64,000 nucleotides of DNA from Escherichia phage EC.W14-3. The position numbers and the translations under genes are program-made. Where the stretch lies: sequence record PP496998.1, one strand, 5' to 3'. The notes beneath the pieces are model-generated. The model was not told the origin of the DNA, ran no database searches, and worked only from the letters and a program-made list of their open reading frames with translations. This document shows positions 1 through 11,677 of the stretch, one piece after another (within the stretch, counting starts at the first letter, position 1; every line of letters starts with the position of its first letter).

Positions 1-8
1 GAGCGGAG

Positions 9-224
9 ATGCTCAGCGCCACCGTGCACGTCGCATCGTTGAAAAGCGCGATGGAAAAGCTGCTGTCAGAGGTAAAGACGTTGGACACAAACGAGCTGTC
101 AAGTCTGGAGGCTCTAATGCGTCAAGCAACTTACGTGTTGAATCAGTCAGCTCAAACCGTTCAAACGGCGGCAAAAGTGGTGATCGAGCTGGAAAAGCAA
201 ACGGAGCTAGGAAGGGGGCGTTGA
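9..224 (+). CDS. hypothetical protein; frame is open to the window start so it may be the 3' part of a longer gene
   Basis: ORF track; no stop between position 3 and 9 in frame; no recognisable motif. Confidence 0.3.
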   Translation: MLSATVHVASLKSAMEKLLSEVKTLDTNELSSLEALMRQATYVLNQSAQTVQTAAKVVIELEKQTELGRGR

Positions 225-716
225 GTGGTTCTTGATGACACCTTATCTTACGATGCGGTCACAGGTAACCTATATTACACAAAATCTCCTAGCAAAGGAG
301 TGATGTGGAACAAAAGCCACCCCGGAAAGATAGCTGGATGTATGATATCGAAAGGCTATATCGGTGTGTATTTCCAAGGAAGACGATGGAGAGCGCACCG
401 ACTTATAGCTACGCACTTTATACCAAACCCTAACAATTATCCAGAAGTCAACCACATCAATGGGATAAAAGACGATAATCGACTGGAGAATCTTGAATGG
501 GTATCCGCTTCTGAAAACATACAACATTCCTTTGATACAGGGTTGAATAAAGGGCACACTCGTGACAATAACGGAATGACCAAATTATCCTCTGGAGATG
601 TTGTAAAGATTAAACAGATGTATGTGAAGGGTTCTAGGGATTTTGGCTCTAGAGGTCTTGGTAAGTTGTTTGGCGTGAGCCATACAGCTATACTCCATGC
701 TTTAAAGGAGCTTTAA
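225..716 (+). CDS. HNH homing endonuclease (HNH_3-like)
   Basis: GTG start abutting upstream stop; motif HRLIATHFIPNPNNYPEVNHINGIKDDNRLENLEWVSASENIQHS typical of phage HNH homing endonucleases. Confidence 0.7.
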   Translation: MVLDDTLSYDAVTGNLYYTKSPSKGVMWNKSHPGKIAGCMISKGYIGVYFQGRRWRAHRLIATHFIPNPNNYPEVNHINGIKDDNRLENLEWVSASENIQHSFDTGLNKGHTRDNNGMTKLSSGDVVKIKQMYVKGSRDFGSRGLGKLFGVSHTAILHALKEL

Positions 717-724
717 GCTCATCG

Positions 725-750
725 TAATATGAGGCTACCCAAATGGGTGG
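725..750 (+). terminator. rho-independent terminator-like hairpin
   Basis: GGCTACCCA / TGGGTGGCC stem followed by TTTT. Confidence 0.45.
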
Positions 751-795
751 CCTTTTCTTTCATATAAACCAAAATAAACTTCTTAGGTAATAAAT

Positions 796-1050
796 ATGTC
801 TATTGTAAAAATCGTAAATATTTTTGATGTAACCAGAGATGGCAAGATTGTTAAGTGGACTTTCACTAACCACCACAACAAATCAAACAAGATCATCGAA
901 CGGATGATTGAGATTAACCCAAAAACAGCTCGCACTAACGTACTCCTTCGAGGAGCTGATGGAAAATTTATCTCTTATAAGAATAAGAACGTAGAAAAAT
1001 CTTTCCGTGTTGCAGTAGAAAATCTCATCCCATTCCCTAAAGGAGTTTAA
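796..1050 (+). CDS. hypothetical protein, tandem paralog of 1052..1336
   Basis: shared C-terminal block KTARTNVLLRGADGKFISYKN / KTARTNVMLRDSKGKFISYRD. Confidence 0.45.
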   Translation: MSIVKIVNIFDVTRDGKIVKWTFTNHHNKSNKIIERMIEINPKTARTNVLLRGADGKFISYKNKNVEKSFRVAVENLIPFPKGV

Positions 1051-1051
1051 T

Positions 1052-1336
1052 ATGAATAAGTTAGCTATGGTTCAGATTCGAGACACATACCCTAACCGCC
1101 CGGAGCAGAAACCGCGTACTTGGTCTTATCTGTTGGCTGAAAGTAAGACTATTGACAAATACGCTGTAGGGATTGATGCTATTCCAAATAGTGTCACATT
1201 ACTCCCTCACAAAACAGCCAGAACTAATGTAATGTTACGTGATAGCAAAGGTAAGTTTATCTCTTATCGTGATTCAAGAATCAATAATGAAATTAAATCT
1301 GCTGTGGAATTTTTGATGCCATTCCCAAGAGGTTGA
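1052..1336 (+). CDS. hypothetical protein, tandem paralog of 796..1050
   Basis: shared C-terminal block with preceding ORF; tight spacing. Confidence 0.45.
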   Translation: MNKLAMVQIRDTYPNRPEQKPRTWSYLLAESKTIDKYAVGIDAIPNSVTLLPHKTARTNVMLRDSKGKFISYRDSRINNEIKSAVEFLMPFPRG

Positions 1337-1339
1337 GTT

Positions 1340-1499
1340 ATGAAAGAGTATATTTACGTTGGTCAGCGGTGGTTCGGTGATGAATGGGAAGGTGGATACA
1401 GCGTTGTGAAAGCTTTTAAGTCTGAAGAAGATGCCAAGGCATGGGTCTTAAAAGATGACGTTGGCGAGAGAACTTACATTGAAGTAGAGGTGGAGTAGA
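1340..1499 (+). CDS. small hypothetical protein (about 52 aa)
   Basis: ATG found by eye overlapping previous stop; below ORF-track cutoff; coordinates approximate. Confidence 0.3.
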
Positions 1500-1922
1500 A
1501 TGCCATTACCAGCTAGACACCAAAACCGTTTCTTAGTTCTTAAGTGGGATGATATCGAAATGAATCTCACTGAACATGAACTTGATTTGTTCCATGAACT
1601 ACTGTCAGAGATTCGCTCTGGTATCCCTGAACGTCAGTATGTGGTTATCAGTGATAAGCACCCTCAAGAGTTTGAAGAAGCTTGGGGTATGAAGTTGGCT
1701 TACATTCAGAGAGCTATCCGAGAAAGAGAAGAAGTCGCTAACCAAAGGGTTGTGGCTCATTTAGTACGAGAGCAACCTCGTGAAGCTAGGGCTAACCATG
1801 CACCACCTCCACCTACTCCTCGGATAGTTGTTAACGGGGCGGTTAGGGCTTACAGTTATGAAGCTACCGCGTTAGATGTGATAGAAGATAACCAAGCATT
1901 TACAGATTTACTTTACCAATAA
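1500..1922 (+). CDS. hypothetical protein
   Basis: ORF track; co-oriented and tightly packed upstream of the polymerase. Confidence 0.4.
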   Translation: MPLPARHQNRFLVLKWDDIEMNLTEHELDLFHELLSEIRSGIPERQYVVISDKHPQEFEEAWGMKLAYIQRAIREREEVANQRVVAHLVREQPREARANHAPPPPTPRIVVNGAVRAYSYEATALDVIEDNQAFTDLLYQ

Positions 1923-1938
1923 TTTAAAGGAGTATAAA

Positions 1939-3783
1939 GTGAGCAACCCGGACGCTCTTCCATTTTTGACAGAGATGACTGTCGCTGATATAATCTCTAA
2001 GCAAGCAAAGCACGGAGTTAGTTTCAACCGAAGAAATGCTCGGTGGTATGTTCACCTCCTTAAAGAGATTATTGTTAATATTGACAGAGAGTTGATTCCT
2101 CTCTTACCTAAGATGAGATTAGATGGCTCTACTTATATGAAGCCGTTTAAGAAGTCTGGAGCTTTACAGAAGTGGCCTCAAGCTTATTGTGATAGGGTTG
2201 GGCTGAAAAGAGAAGACATTGGTGGAGCATTCACCTGTGTCGAATATGTAGACTTTGATCCATCGAAAGATGCACGAGTTAAAGAAGCTCTTATGGATGA
2301 GGGCTTTCTTCCTCCAGAGTTTAACGTATCTAAGAAGCCTTGGAATACTTTCGAAATTAAGAAAGATATGAGAAAGTATGGAACATACCAAGCATGGTAT
2401 ACTGCTTGGATGCGAGGTAATGCTAAACAGAAGCAGACAGCCGAGATGGTTGACGCTGATATTAGAAAGTTCTTAGAGAAGCATTTTCGGTTTAAAACTA
2501 AGAACTACATGAAGGCTTACGTATTTGGTTTGGGATTAAACCCTAATCGCCGTAATCCTGTAACGTTTGATGAGATTAAGAAAGCACTAGCCACATCAAA
2601 CAAGTGGCCTACAGCTCCTACAAACCTCGAGGAGACTCTTGAAGAAGGGTTAGGGGGTGAGCTAGGGAGTGTCGGAAGTTTGCTTAAGAGACGCGTTGTG
2701 GCGGCTCACAGGCTAGGTCTTATCAGTGGACTCATAGCAAAGGAACGCGAAGATGGTAAACTTTCGGCAGAAGCTAACAGCTGCGCTACGCCGACTTTTC
2801 GATTCAAACATCGTATCGTGGTTAATATTCCCTCCCGTGGTCTGTTTGGTCACGAGTGTCGCAGTTTGTTTGAGTCTGACTATAACTCAGACAGTGATCA
2901 CTCTCGTCCTTTCGTTATTACTAACGTTGTTCCTGATGGTTGTTATATACGAAAAGGTACTAACGTAATTTACGAGAAAGGTAAGCCGGGGAAGAAAGAC
3001 AAACCTGTAGGCGCTTACAAATATTACATACCCACTGGTAAAGAAGTATTCTTAGGGTATGATGGTTCTGGACTGGAACTTCGTATGCTCGCTCACTACC
3101 TCATTAAAGAGTGTAGGGATATGCTTGCTGAGGCAATTGAAGAGAACAACCCAGCTAAGAAAGCTCTGGCAGAACGTGGTTTAGCTTCTGCTATTATGTA
3201 TCGTGATATTCTCCTTGAAGGTGATATCCACTCCCACAACCAGAAACTTGCTGGTCTTCCTACTCGTGACAACGCTAAGACATTTATCTATGCATTCAAC
3301 TACGGTGCTGGCGATGCTAAGCTTGGTTCAATTGTAGGTGGTGGGGCTGACGAAGGTTCAGTGATGCGAGCACGTTTCTTAGCAGAGAACCCATGTATTG
3401 CAATCCTCATTGATCGTATGACAGAGAAAGCTGCTCAAGGATACTTGATTGGAGTTGATGGTCGTAAGATTACAATGAGACGGGATGCCACTGGTAAGGT
3501 TATGGTTCATAAAGCCCTTAACACACTCCTGCAATGTGCTGGTGCTGTTGTTATGAAATATGCTATGATGTTCCTTAACAAGTGGATTGAGAAAGATAAG
3601 GTTCGTTGTGCTAAGGTAATTGATATGCACGATGAAGGTCAATTCTCAGTAAACCGTAATGATGTACAGAAACTCAAAGAGCACACTGAGCTTTGTGTTA
3701 AGAAAGCTGGCGAGTATCTGAACATGGAATGTCCTCTGGCATCTGATTGTCAGATTGGACTTAACTGGATGCATACACACTAA
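1939..3783 (+). CDS. DNA polymerase, family A (T7-like), polymerase domain
   Basis: motif KTFIYAFNYGAGDAKLG and surrounding palm/fingers-like sequence; 614 aa; no 3'-5' exonuclease Exo motifs seen in the N-terminal region. Confidence 0.85.
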   Translation: MSNPDALPFLTEMTVADIISKQAKHGVSFNRRNARWYVHLLKEIIVNIDRELIPLLPKMRLDGSTYMKPFKKSGALQKWPQAYCDRVGLKREDIGGAFTCVEYVDFDPSKDARVKEALMDEGFLPPEFNVSKKPWNTFEIKKDMRKYGTYQAWYTAWMRGNAKQKQTAEMVDADIRKFLEKHFRFKTKNYMKAYVFGLGLNPNRRNPVTFDEIKKALATSNKWPTAPTNLEETLEEGLGGELGSVGSLLKRRVVAAHRLGLISGLIAKEREDGKLSAEANSCATPTFRFKHRIVVNIPSRGLFGHECRSLFESDYNSDSDHSRPFVITNVVPDGCYIRKGTNVIYEKGKPGKKDKPVGAYKYYIPTGKEVFLGYDGSGLELRMLAHYLIKECRDMLAEAIEENNPAKKALAERGLASAIMYRDILLEGDIHSHNQKLAGLPTRDNAKTFIYAFNYGAGDAKLGSIVGGGADEGSVMRARFLAENPCIAILIDRMTEKAAQGYLIGVDGRKITMRRDATGKVMVHKALNTLLQCAGAVVMKYAMMFLNKWIEKDKVRCAKVIDMHDEGQFSVNRNDVQKLKEHTELCVKKAGEYLNMECPLASDCQIGLNWMHTH

Positions 3784-3788
3784 GGTGA

Positions 3789-4157
3789 GTGATGAAAGAA
3801 ACCAATATCATCTACAGAACATTGAGATGTTTAGCTAAAGAGAGGGGGATGGAGGATTTCCTCCTCCAATATTATGAAATAACTAAGACTGGAATTTATC
3901 CAAAATGGTTTAGTGAAGATCACGGATTATGCTTCAACTTTCGCTGTTATAAGAGGTATTACTATTTCACAAAGCATTTAGATATTGACGACATGAAGAA
4001 TATGTTTAATCAAGAAAAGTTTTTGGACCCAACATACCCATTCGGATGTTATCAATATTTTAGAGATAGGGAAAACGGGGCACATCATAAGAATCCAAAA
4101 CGACGGGCTTGGATTAAAGATACACTGAAAACTCTGTACAGTATTGAGGTTGAGTGA
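3789..4157 (+). CDS. hypothetical protein
   Basis: ORF track; no motif recognised. Confidence 0.4.
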   Translation: MMKETNIIYRTLRCLAKERGMEDFLLQYYEITKTGIYPKWFSEDHGLCFNFRCYKRYYYFTKHLDIDDMKNMFNQEKFLDPTYPFGCYQYFRDRENGAHHKNPKRRAWIKDTLKTLYSIEVE

Positions 4158-4348
4158 TGAGTGTTCGTGGTTATTATGAATCTTGGGCCGTCTTCAGCGG
4201 TGGCTCCACTCTCGTAGCATTAAATGGTCAACTGTGTATCTTTGAGACAGAGAACTTAGCAATAACCAAAGCAGCAGAGCTAGTTCGAAAGTTTCCAAAC
4301 AAGACATTCACAGTTAAAAGGATAGAAGTACCTGCATTGGTAGAGTGA
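4154..4348 (+). CDS. hypothetical protein
   Basis: ORF track; ATGA overlap with upstream gene. Confidence 0.35.
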   Translation: MMSVRGYYESWAVFSGGSTLVALNGQLCIFETENLAITKAAELVRKFPNKTFTVKRIEVPALVE

Positions 4349-4531
4349 ATAAATAAGACGAATGAACTATTCTTATTGATTGGTTCGTAACAAGGAGATT
4401 GAAGTGGAAGAGATGCCATCGGATTGGTGTTATCGTCAGAGCGCCATCTGTAATGAACAAGGTCGTCCTGATGAGGCTGAGTTCTATCTAGAGCTAGCCG
4501 AACTGTGGAAAGAACGAGAGGAGAAAGAGTG

Positions 4532-4699
4532 ATGGAAGGTATTTACCGTAAACCGCCTCCAAAATATAACATCCTTTATACTGATGCAACAGGTGAGTTT
4601 AGAAGTGTGTTAGTTTACACGGATGAAGAACGAAACCAAATGGTTGCTGCTATTGAAGCCAATGGTGGTACAATCATGCGAATTTATAACATAACATAA
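4532..4699 (+). CDS. small hypothetical protein
   Basis: internal ATG (MEGIYRK) of ORF 4505..4699. Confidence 0.3.
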   Translation: MEGIYRKPPPKYNILYTDATGEFRSVLVYTDEERNQMVAAIEANGGTIMRIYNIT

Positions 4700-4708
4700 G
4701 GAATATCA

Positions 4709-4885
4709 ATGACTGCTTCTGAATTAAAAGAAACCCTATCCACTGAAGAAGGTAAAGCTTTCTTCTTATCTCAAGTACACTCTATGGGTAAAGATGCCCT
4801 TCGCCAAGCAGTCGTTGAGCTTACTGGTGTAGTGATTGACTTGAGTATTGAAAATGAAACACTTGAAGCTAAAGTGAACGGTTAA
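4709..4885 (+). CDS. small hypothetical protein (58 aa)
   Basis: ATG with upstream AAGGAA; below ORF-track cutoff. Confidence 0.3.
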   Translation: MTASELKETLSTEEGKAFFLSQVHSMGKDALRQAVVELTGVVIDLSIENETLEAKVNG

Positions 4886-4892
4886 ATAAGAA

Positions 4893-4914
4893 GCTGCCTT
4901 CGGGCGGCTTTTCT
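4893..4914 (+). terminator. rho-independent terminator-like hairpin
   Basis: GCTGCC-TTCG-GGCGGC followed by TTTT. Confidence 0.45.
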
Positions 4915-5324
4915 TGTCTAAAGGATTTGACATGAATATTGGTTTAGATTATGATGACACTTACACAGCAGATAGACGTCTGTGGAGAGATGTGATAGGA
5001 TTGATGAAAGGGTATGGACATGATGTAAGATTCGTGACTTTCCGTTTCTCAGAGCCTAATGGTTATGATAACGTGGATATCCTCTATGATGCAGAGACCC
5101 TGCAAATCCCTGTCATCTTTTGTAATGGTGTGCAGAAGGATGAGGTGTGTCGACAGTTAGGTTTCTTCGTCGATATCTGGATTGATGACTTCCCTGTTGG
5201 AATCCCCAAAAAGGACCACCTAGATGGTATGCTGAAGGGCGTAAGACTTAATGACCTTAGGGCAGCACCTCCTGTAGAAATAGCCGCTCCTGTGTACTCT
5301 GAAGAGCCTTTGGTGATTCGATGA
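4914..5324 (+). CDS. hypothetical protein with HAD-like DxD motif (possible phosphatase/nucleotidase)
   Basis: N-terminal IGLDYDDT and later WIDD resemble HAD motifs I and III; weak. Confidence 0.3.
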   Translation: MSKGFDMNIGLDYDDTYTADRRLWRDVIGLMKGYGHDVRFVTFRFSEPNGYDNVDILYDAETLQIPVIFCNGVQKDEVCRQLGFFVDIWIDDFPVGIPKKDHLDGMLKGVRLNDLRAAPPVEIAAPVYSEEPLVIR

Positions 5325-5485
5325 AGAAATATAGTGTATGGATTAACGAGGAAGAAGAAGGTTTTGATGAAGCTGGAGGGTGGGTGAATATCCTAAACAC
5401 CGACGACATAGAAGAGGCCGAGAAGTGCGCCCTAAACTATAACTCTGGATATTATGAAAGAAATTGGGAATATGGGGAAGAAGAA

Positions 5486-5706
5486 TGATTTGGGTTCACA
5501 CTTATAGAATTGGAAAGAAAGGGCTTACTACTATTCATACCTCTGAAGACAGTGCTAAAGCATCTCAGGCTGTACTGAAAGGGAAGATCACACCTTATGT
5601 AGTCGCTGAAGAAAAGAAGAGTCCTCCAGTTTTGGAATACTTAGGAACAGGTAAAGCTTATACAGCACTGGATGTTATTAACAACAAACAAGGAGATGTG
5701 GCATAA
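5486..5706 (+). CDS. hypothetical protein
   Basis: ORF 5464..5706, start chosen at ATGA overlap. Confidence 0.3.
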
Positions 5707-5708
5707 AA

Positions 5709-5924
5709 ATGGAATACATTGATAAATACTCAAGTGAAGACTCAACCAACGCTGAAGTTTTGTTCGTACTAAAAACAGACTGCCTCGAACATGGTCAGCT
5801 CATTAACTTTATGGAGTTGGCAAAACTTAAAGAAGAGATTGATCAACTATACAGCGATGAGCAATCCAGATTACTTTCCCTGTCCCTGCTAGGTGACTTA
5901 ACTTGTGATGGGTGTACTATCTAA
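5709..5924 (+). CDS. hypothetical protein
   Basis: ORF track. Confidence 0.35.
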   Translation: MEYIDKYSSEDSTNAEVLFVLKTDCLEHGQLINFMELAKLKEEIDQLYSDEQSRLLSLSLLGDLTCDGCTI

Positions 5925-5933
5925 GAGGTCTTT

Positions 5934-6437
5934 ATGGCTGAAGTTTATTTTGCAGGGGATGGTCACTTAGGCCATCGCAACATCTGTAGTTTTCGTAAGC
6001 AATTTAAAACCATCGAAGAACACGACAAAGTAATCCTAGCTGCATTTGATCATGTAACTAAGCGTGATAAAATCTTCTTTACCGGTGATTGGGTGTTTGA
6101 AAAGTATGCCCTTGATATCATCGCTGAAGTAAGAGGAGAGAAGCATCTAGTCTTAGGAAACCATGACAGGTTAGAACTTCTCCCTGATATGATGAAAGTC
6201 TTCCGTAGAATCTCTGGTGATTATAAATATAAAGAGTTTTGGGTAACTCATATTCCTATTCACACTGATGAGATGAGAGGAAAGTTTAACATTTATGCTC
6301 ATACACACAACCATGTAATTGATGATTGGAGATATTTCTGTACATCAATGGAGCAAATTGACTATAAAGCTGTTTCTCTGCAAGAGATTAGGAAGGTCTT
6401 TGATGAAAGAAGAAAAGAACAAGATCTCATTATTTAA
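5934..6437 (+). CDS. metallophosphoesterase (calcineurin-like phosphoesterase)
   Basis: ordered motifs GDGHLGH, FFTGDW, GNHD, THIPIH, AHTHNH. Confidence 0.6.
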   Translation: MAEVYFAGDGHLGHRNICSFRKQFKTIEEHDKVILAAFDHVTKRDKIFFTGDWVFEKYALDIIAEVRGEKHLVLGNHDRLELLPDMMKVFRRISGDYKYKEFWVTHIPIHTDEMRGKFNIYAHTHNHVIDDWRYFCTSMEQIDYKAVSLQEIRKVFDERRKEQDLII

Positions 6438-6915
6438 AGAACCTGTAGTACATAAAGATTCTATCAGAGATCAATATAATGAGATGTTAAAGAAACAAGC
6501 TGATTCTAATCTTCGTTATCAGAGGATAGTAGAACAATCTAACTTTAAAGGTTTACTTGAATGGTAACTTATATCCTTTACTTTTTAGCTTTCTTAGGAA
6601 TAGTCTTTTTATCTATTCTTATTGAATTTGGTTTAAGTAAGTTAGTTAATTATTTAGGTAATAAGTAATTAATATTCTTTTAAATAGAGAATCAAAGTCC
6701 CTAGGAGTCCCTACAACCTAAATCAAGGATTCCTTAATTCTCTATTTTTATCTCGCAGGTGGCTCCTGCCCTTCGGTACTTGCAAGGGATTCTGTGAATT
6801 GCCCAATATACAAGCCTGCAATAACTTTATCAGCTATACAATATATACATTACTAGTGTGATATATCTACTACCAAAGATACTTATATTATATAGTACTC
6901 TTATCGGTATAAGCG

Positions 6916-6924
6916 TAATGTATA
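6916..6924 (+). promoter_or_regulatory. TAATGTATA motif, candidate phage-sigma-dependent promoter element upstream of the SSB gene
   Basis: exact 9-mer also found upstream of two minus-strand structural genes (17095..17103 and 33925..33933 as reverse complement). Confidence 0.4.
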
Positions 6925-6983
6925 CTATACATAACCGCTCAAAGAGAGCAACAATCTTTCAAATTAAATAAGGAAATTAAAAT

Positions 6984-7730
6984 ATGTCTATGATTCCAAC
7001 TATCGCAACCGCTTCCCGTAAATCCAACTACGATGTAATCCCTGATGGTGAGTACGAAGCACGTATCGTTCGTGTAGTAGGTTTGGGTGTTCACAATCGT
7101 GACCCTTGGATTGACCCGAAGACCAAAGCAGTGACTCCTAAGAATCCGGCTTTCCGTATGGATTTAGCTTTCGAGCTGATTGGTGTTGATGCTACTGGTA
7201 AAGATTCCGATGGTAAGGCATTAGAACCACGTCCAGCTTGCCAGTTCAAGAGCTATGATGTAAACCCACGAGCTAAGAACTCTGGTATTCTTGATCTTTG
7301 CAAGATGATTGACCCAAGTATTCAAGCACTGAAAGGTGATCTATCTTGGTTCAAGGATGTTCTGTTAGGTCAGCCTGTTAACATTCTGGTTAACTCTTAT
7401 ACTAACAAAGCTGGTGAAGTTAAAAACTCCATCAAGACCATTTCTCCAATCCCAACCAAATATCGTGCAGCAGTTGGTGAAGCTCGTAGTCCTCTGGTAT
7501 TCTTCGAACCATATGCTGAAACCGACGAGAACGTAGCATCCTACCAACTGATGTTCCCGTTCCAGCGCAACCTGCTTACTCAAGCTAATGACGCTAAGAA
7601 CATGCCTCTGGCTGGTCGTGAAATTACTCGTGCTTCTGAAACAGAGCAGAAAGAAGCTACTCCTTCAATCCCTACGATTGATAAAGAGCCTGCTTCTACT
7701 TACGAAGACGACAACGATAGCCCATTCTAA
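6984..7730 (+). CDS. single-stranded DNA-binding protein, T7 gp2.5-like (putative)
   Basis: acidic C-terminus ending in Phe (YEDDNDSPF) as in gp2.5-type SSBs; preceded by AT-rich region; followed by terminator. Confidence 0.45.
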   Translation: MSMIPTIATASRKSNYDVIPDGEYEARIVRVVGLGVHNRDPWIDPKTKAVTPKNPAFRMDLAFELIGVDATGKDSDGKALEPRPACQFKSYDVNPRAKNSGILDLCKMIDPSIQALKGDLSWFKDVLLGQPVNILVNSYTNKAGEVKNSIKTISPIPTKYRAAVGEARSPLVFFEPYAETDENVASYQLMFPFQRNLLTQANDAKNMPLAGREITRASETEQKEATPSIPTIDKEPASTYEDDNDSPF

Positions 7731-7751
7731 TAACTCTCCTTGTTATAGCTT

Positions 7752-7776
7752 AGCCACCTCCGGGTGGCTTTTTTCG
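7752..7776 (+). terminator. rho-independent terminator
   Basis: AGCCACC-TCCG-GGTGGCT followed by TTTTTT. Confidence 0.6.
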
Positions 7777-7787
7777 TTGGAGACAAC

Positions 7788-8138
7788 ATGCAAAACACAT
7801 TAAGTGATAACTTAGGGTTTATCGTTTTCTCAGCTCTTGTATTCTTTGGTGGTATGAAGTTTAACGAATATCAAACAGACAGCAGTAATCTGGACAAAGA
7901 GAAGCACCAGCAAGAGTTAGAGATTGAAAGAAGTAGAGCAGCTGATGAAGTTGCTCAGAGAGTTCTTACCGGTTTATCTAACTGGAAGAAGAACACAGAA
8001 ACCGTTTATAAAGAGATGCATTATGAGAAAACTAAACCAGTTTTTTATGATGTCTGCGCTAGTGATGACTATGTCCGCATGTTCAATGATCGACAGCAGC
8101 AGGCAATCAATGCCCTTACCAACAAACCTAAAAGCTGA
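7788..8138 (+). CDS. i-spanin (Rz-like) candidate
   Basis: N-terminal TM helix LGFIVFSALVFFGG then coiled-coil-like periplasmic region; an embedded lipoprotein ORF in the +1 frame. Confidence 0.5.
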   Translation: MQNTLSDNLGFIVFSALVFFGGMKFNEYQTDSSNLDKEKHQQELEIERSRAADEVAQRVLTGLSNWKKNTETVYKEMHYEKTKPVFYDVCASDDYVRMFNDRQQQAINALTNKPKS

Positions 8139-8282
8139 ATGCAGGGTTGACTTACCTTTTTTAGAGAGTGCTCAAGGAAAAGCACTAGCCACTACGTTGG
8201 AGTGGTATCAGGACCAGTACACAGAATGTGCTGCCAATCACAATGGATTGTTAGAAGCTCTGAAAGAGCGTGGAATAGAATA

Positions 8283-8283
<1 letters not shown>
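8023..8283 (+). CDS. o-spanin (Rz1-like lipoprotein) candidate, overlapping the Rz frame
   Basis: ATG inside the Rz gene in another frame; signal peptide ending in lipobox-like MSAC; extends past the Rz stop. Confidence 0.45.
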
Positions 8284-9769
<1,486 letters not shown>

Positions 9770-9779
<10 letters not shown>

Positions 9780-10669
9780 ATGAAGAGGTAAAAGCTTTAA
9801 AGAAAGCTCTTGCAATTAAAATCAAACATTTAAATTTCGTCAGAGATGAGTTGGAGGAGCTATCCAACTTATCAGGATATGAGTTACAGAATGAGCTTGT
9901 AGAGTTTCAAATCAATATTGATGGCGGTAAATACGTAGAAACAACTAGAGCGATTTTACCTAAAGTTACTGGTAACAAAACTTCTCCAGTAGACTACTCA
10001 CATGACCACACGGAGCAATTAGAAATGGAATCTCAAGGCAATCCAGCACTGACCAATATGGTGGGAGATTCCCATTATAAGCCTTTAGTAGTAATTCTTA
10101 ATGGGCCTCCGGGTTGTGGTAAAGATACGATAGCCAATGCTTGGGTCAATGCCCATTCATACCATCACAATTATTCAACCAAATCCTTCAAGGAGCCAAT
10201 GTACAAGGTAGCTGCTGCTGCACTAGGCATACCTCTAGAAAACTTTCTAGCACGCTATGAAGACCGTGAATGGAAAGAAAAACCTAGACCAGAATGGGGA
10301 GGGAAGTCTGTAAGAGATTTGATGATTTCTACAAGTGAAGACTTCTTAAAACCTATGTTTGGCAACAGCCATATGGGGGATCTTGCTGTAAAAAGCATCA
10401 AACAAGAAGGGTTAGGTCAGGATGATATTGTCATGTTTACTGACGGAGGTTTTGATGCAGAGGTACGAGAACTAGAAAAGAATTTCCATGTCCAAGTTGT
10501 ACAAGTTCTTAGAGATGGTTGCTCTTTTGATGGAGACTCTCGCTCATATATTGAAGGCGAACAGAGAAAAACATATCTACTGTTTAATGACTCAACTATT
10601 GAATCAGCAGTATCAGATCTAGATTGGATTATTGCTCAAGCTCAGGATGATATTTATGGAAGAAGTTAA
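9770..10669 (+). CDS. P-loop nucleotide kinase (dNMP-kinase-like)
   Basis: Walker A LNGPPGCGKDT; N-terminal coiled-coil extension of about 100 aa. Confidence 0.5.
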
Positions 10670-11474
10670 GCTCCCTGAAGTTGCTATAGTGGACGCTGAC
10701 GTTCTTCGGTATGAAGTGGGCGCTCTTACTCAGGAGCATCCCTTTCTTGACACAGGACGTGTTCCAGTTGATTACAATTTCATGATTGAACGACTTCAGT
10801 ACAAGATCGATACAATCATAGCTCGCTCGGGTTGTAGTAAGGTTGTATTCTACTTCAGCGAAGGTGGTAACTTTCGTTTCGATGTTGCTAAGCAACAAGA
10901 CTACAAGGCAAATAGACCTCCCGGAGAAAGACCTTTTCACTGGCAAAACGTTGGCGATTACATTAAAGCCAAGTACGAATATGTTGAGGTCTTTGGGAGA
11001 GAAGCTGATGATGCATTAGCTGAAAGGCAACGTAGGGATAAGAATACTATCATCTGTACTAGAGACAAGGATTTGTTGATAACTCCCGGATGGCATTATC
11101 GCTGGGCTTGTGGAGAAAGACAGAAAGAAGTACCTCCTCATTATGTATCTGACTTGGTATCATGGCAAAATTTCTTCTATCAAATGTTGATTGGGGATGG
11201 GACAGATAACATTCCCGGATGTGGTGAACGTAAAGAAGTTATGTGGGGCGGTAAGCTCCAGCTACGACGTCAAGGTGTCGGGAAGAAAGCAGCAGCTAGT
11301 CTGTTGGCTGGTGTTGCAGATAAGTGGACCATGTATCATATAGTACGAATGGAATATTATAAGAAGTTCGATACTGAAGATGAAGAGAAGATGCTCGAGA
11401 ATGCTCGGCTTCTCTTTGTTGGTCAGACTCCGGAAGACCTGTTCGACTGGACATGGTTAGATAAATCTTGGTAA
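10656..11474 (+). CDS. 5'-3' exonuclease / flap endonuclease
   Basis: IGDGTDNIPG helix-3-turn-helix motif and acidic N-terminal block AIVDADVLRYE; start chosen at MEEVK. Confidence 0.65.
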   Translation: MEEVKLPEVAIVDADVLRYEVGALTQEHPFLDTGRVPVDYNFMIERLQYKIDTIIARSGCSKVVFYFSEGGNFRFDVAKQQDYKANRPPGERPFHWQNVGDYIKAKYEYVEVFGREADDALAERQRRDKNTIICTRDKDLLITPGWHYRWACGERQKEVPPHYVSDLVSWQNFFYQMLIGDGTDNIPGCGERKEVMWGGKLQLRRQGVGKKAAASLLAGVADKWTMYHIVRMEYYKKFDTEDEEKMLENARLLFVGQTPEDLFDWTWLDKSW

Positions 11475-11497
11475 TAAGGATATTATAATGGGTAAAT

Positions 11498-11677
11498 TTG
11501 ATTATCGTTCATATGATGAAAACTCCTCCAACCGTGAATCTCGTAAAGACCAAAAGATTAAACATCAACTGTTTGATCAGAGAACTGGTCGTATTCCTCG
11601 TGAGGGTAAGGTGAGCCATCGTGTAAACAAACGAGTTTGGGAAGAAGCTGATTATGGCGAAGTCTGAGAAGACTCGC
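11498..11677 (+). CDS. small hypothetical protein (59 aa)
   Basis: ATG found by eye; below ORF-track cutoff. Confidence 0.25.

Noticed and set aside
6570-6983. Replication origin in the AT-rich region upstream of the SSB gene
   Set aside because: AT-richness and oppositely oriented TAATGTATA copies are suggestive, but there are no clear iterons or DnaA boxes; reported only as promoter motifs
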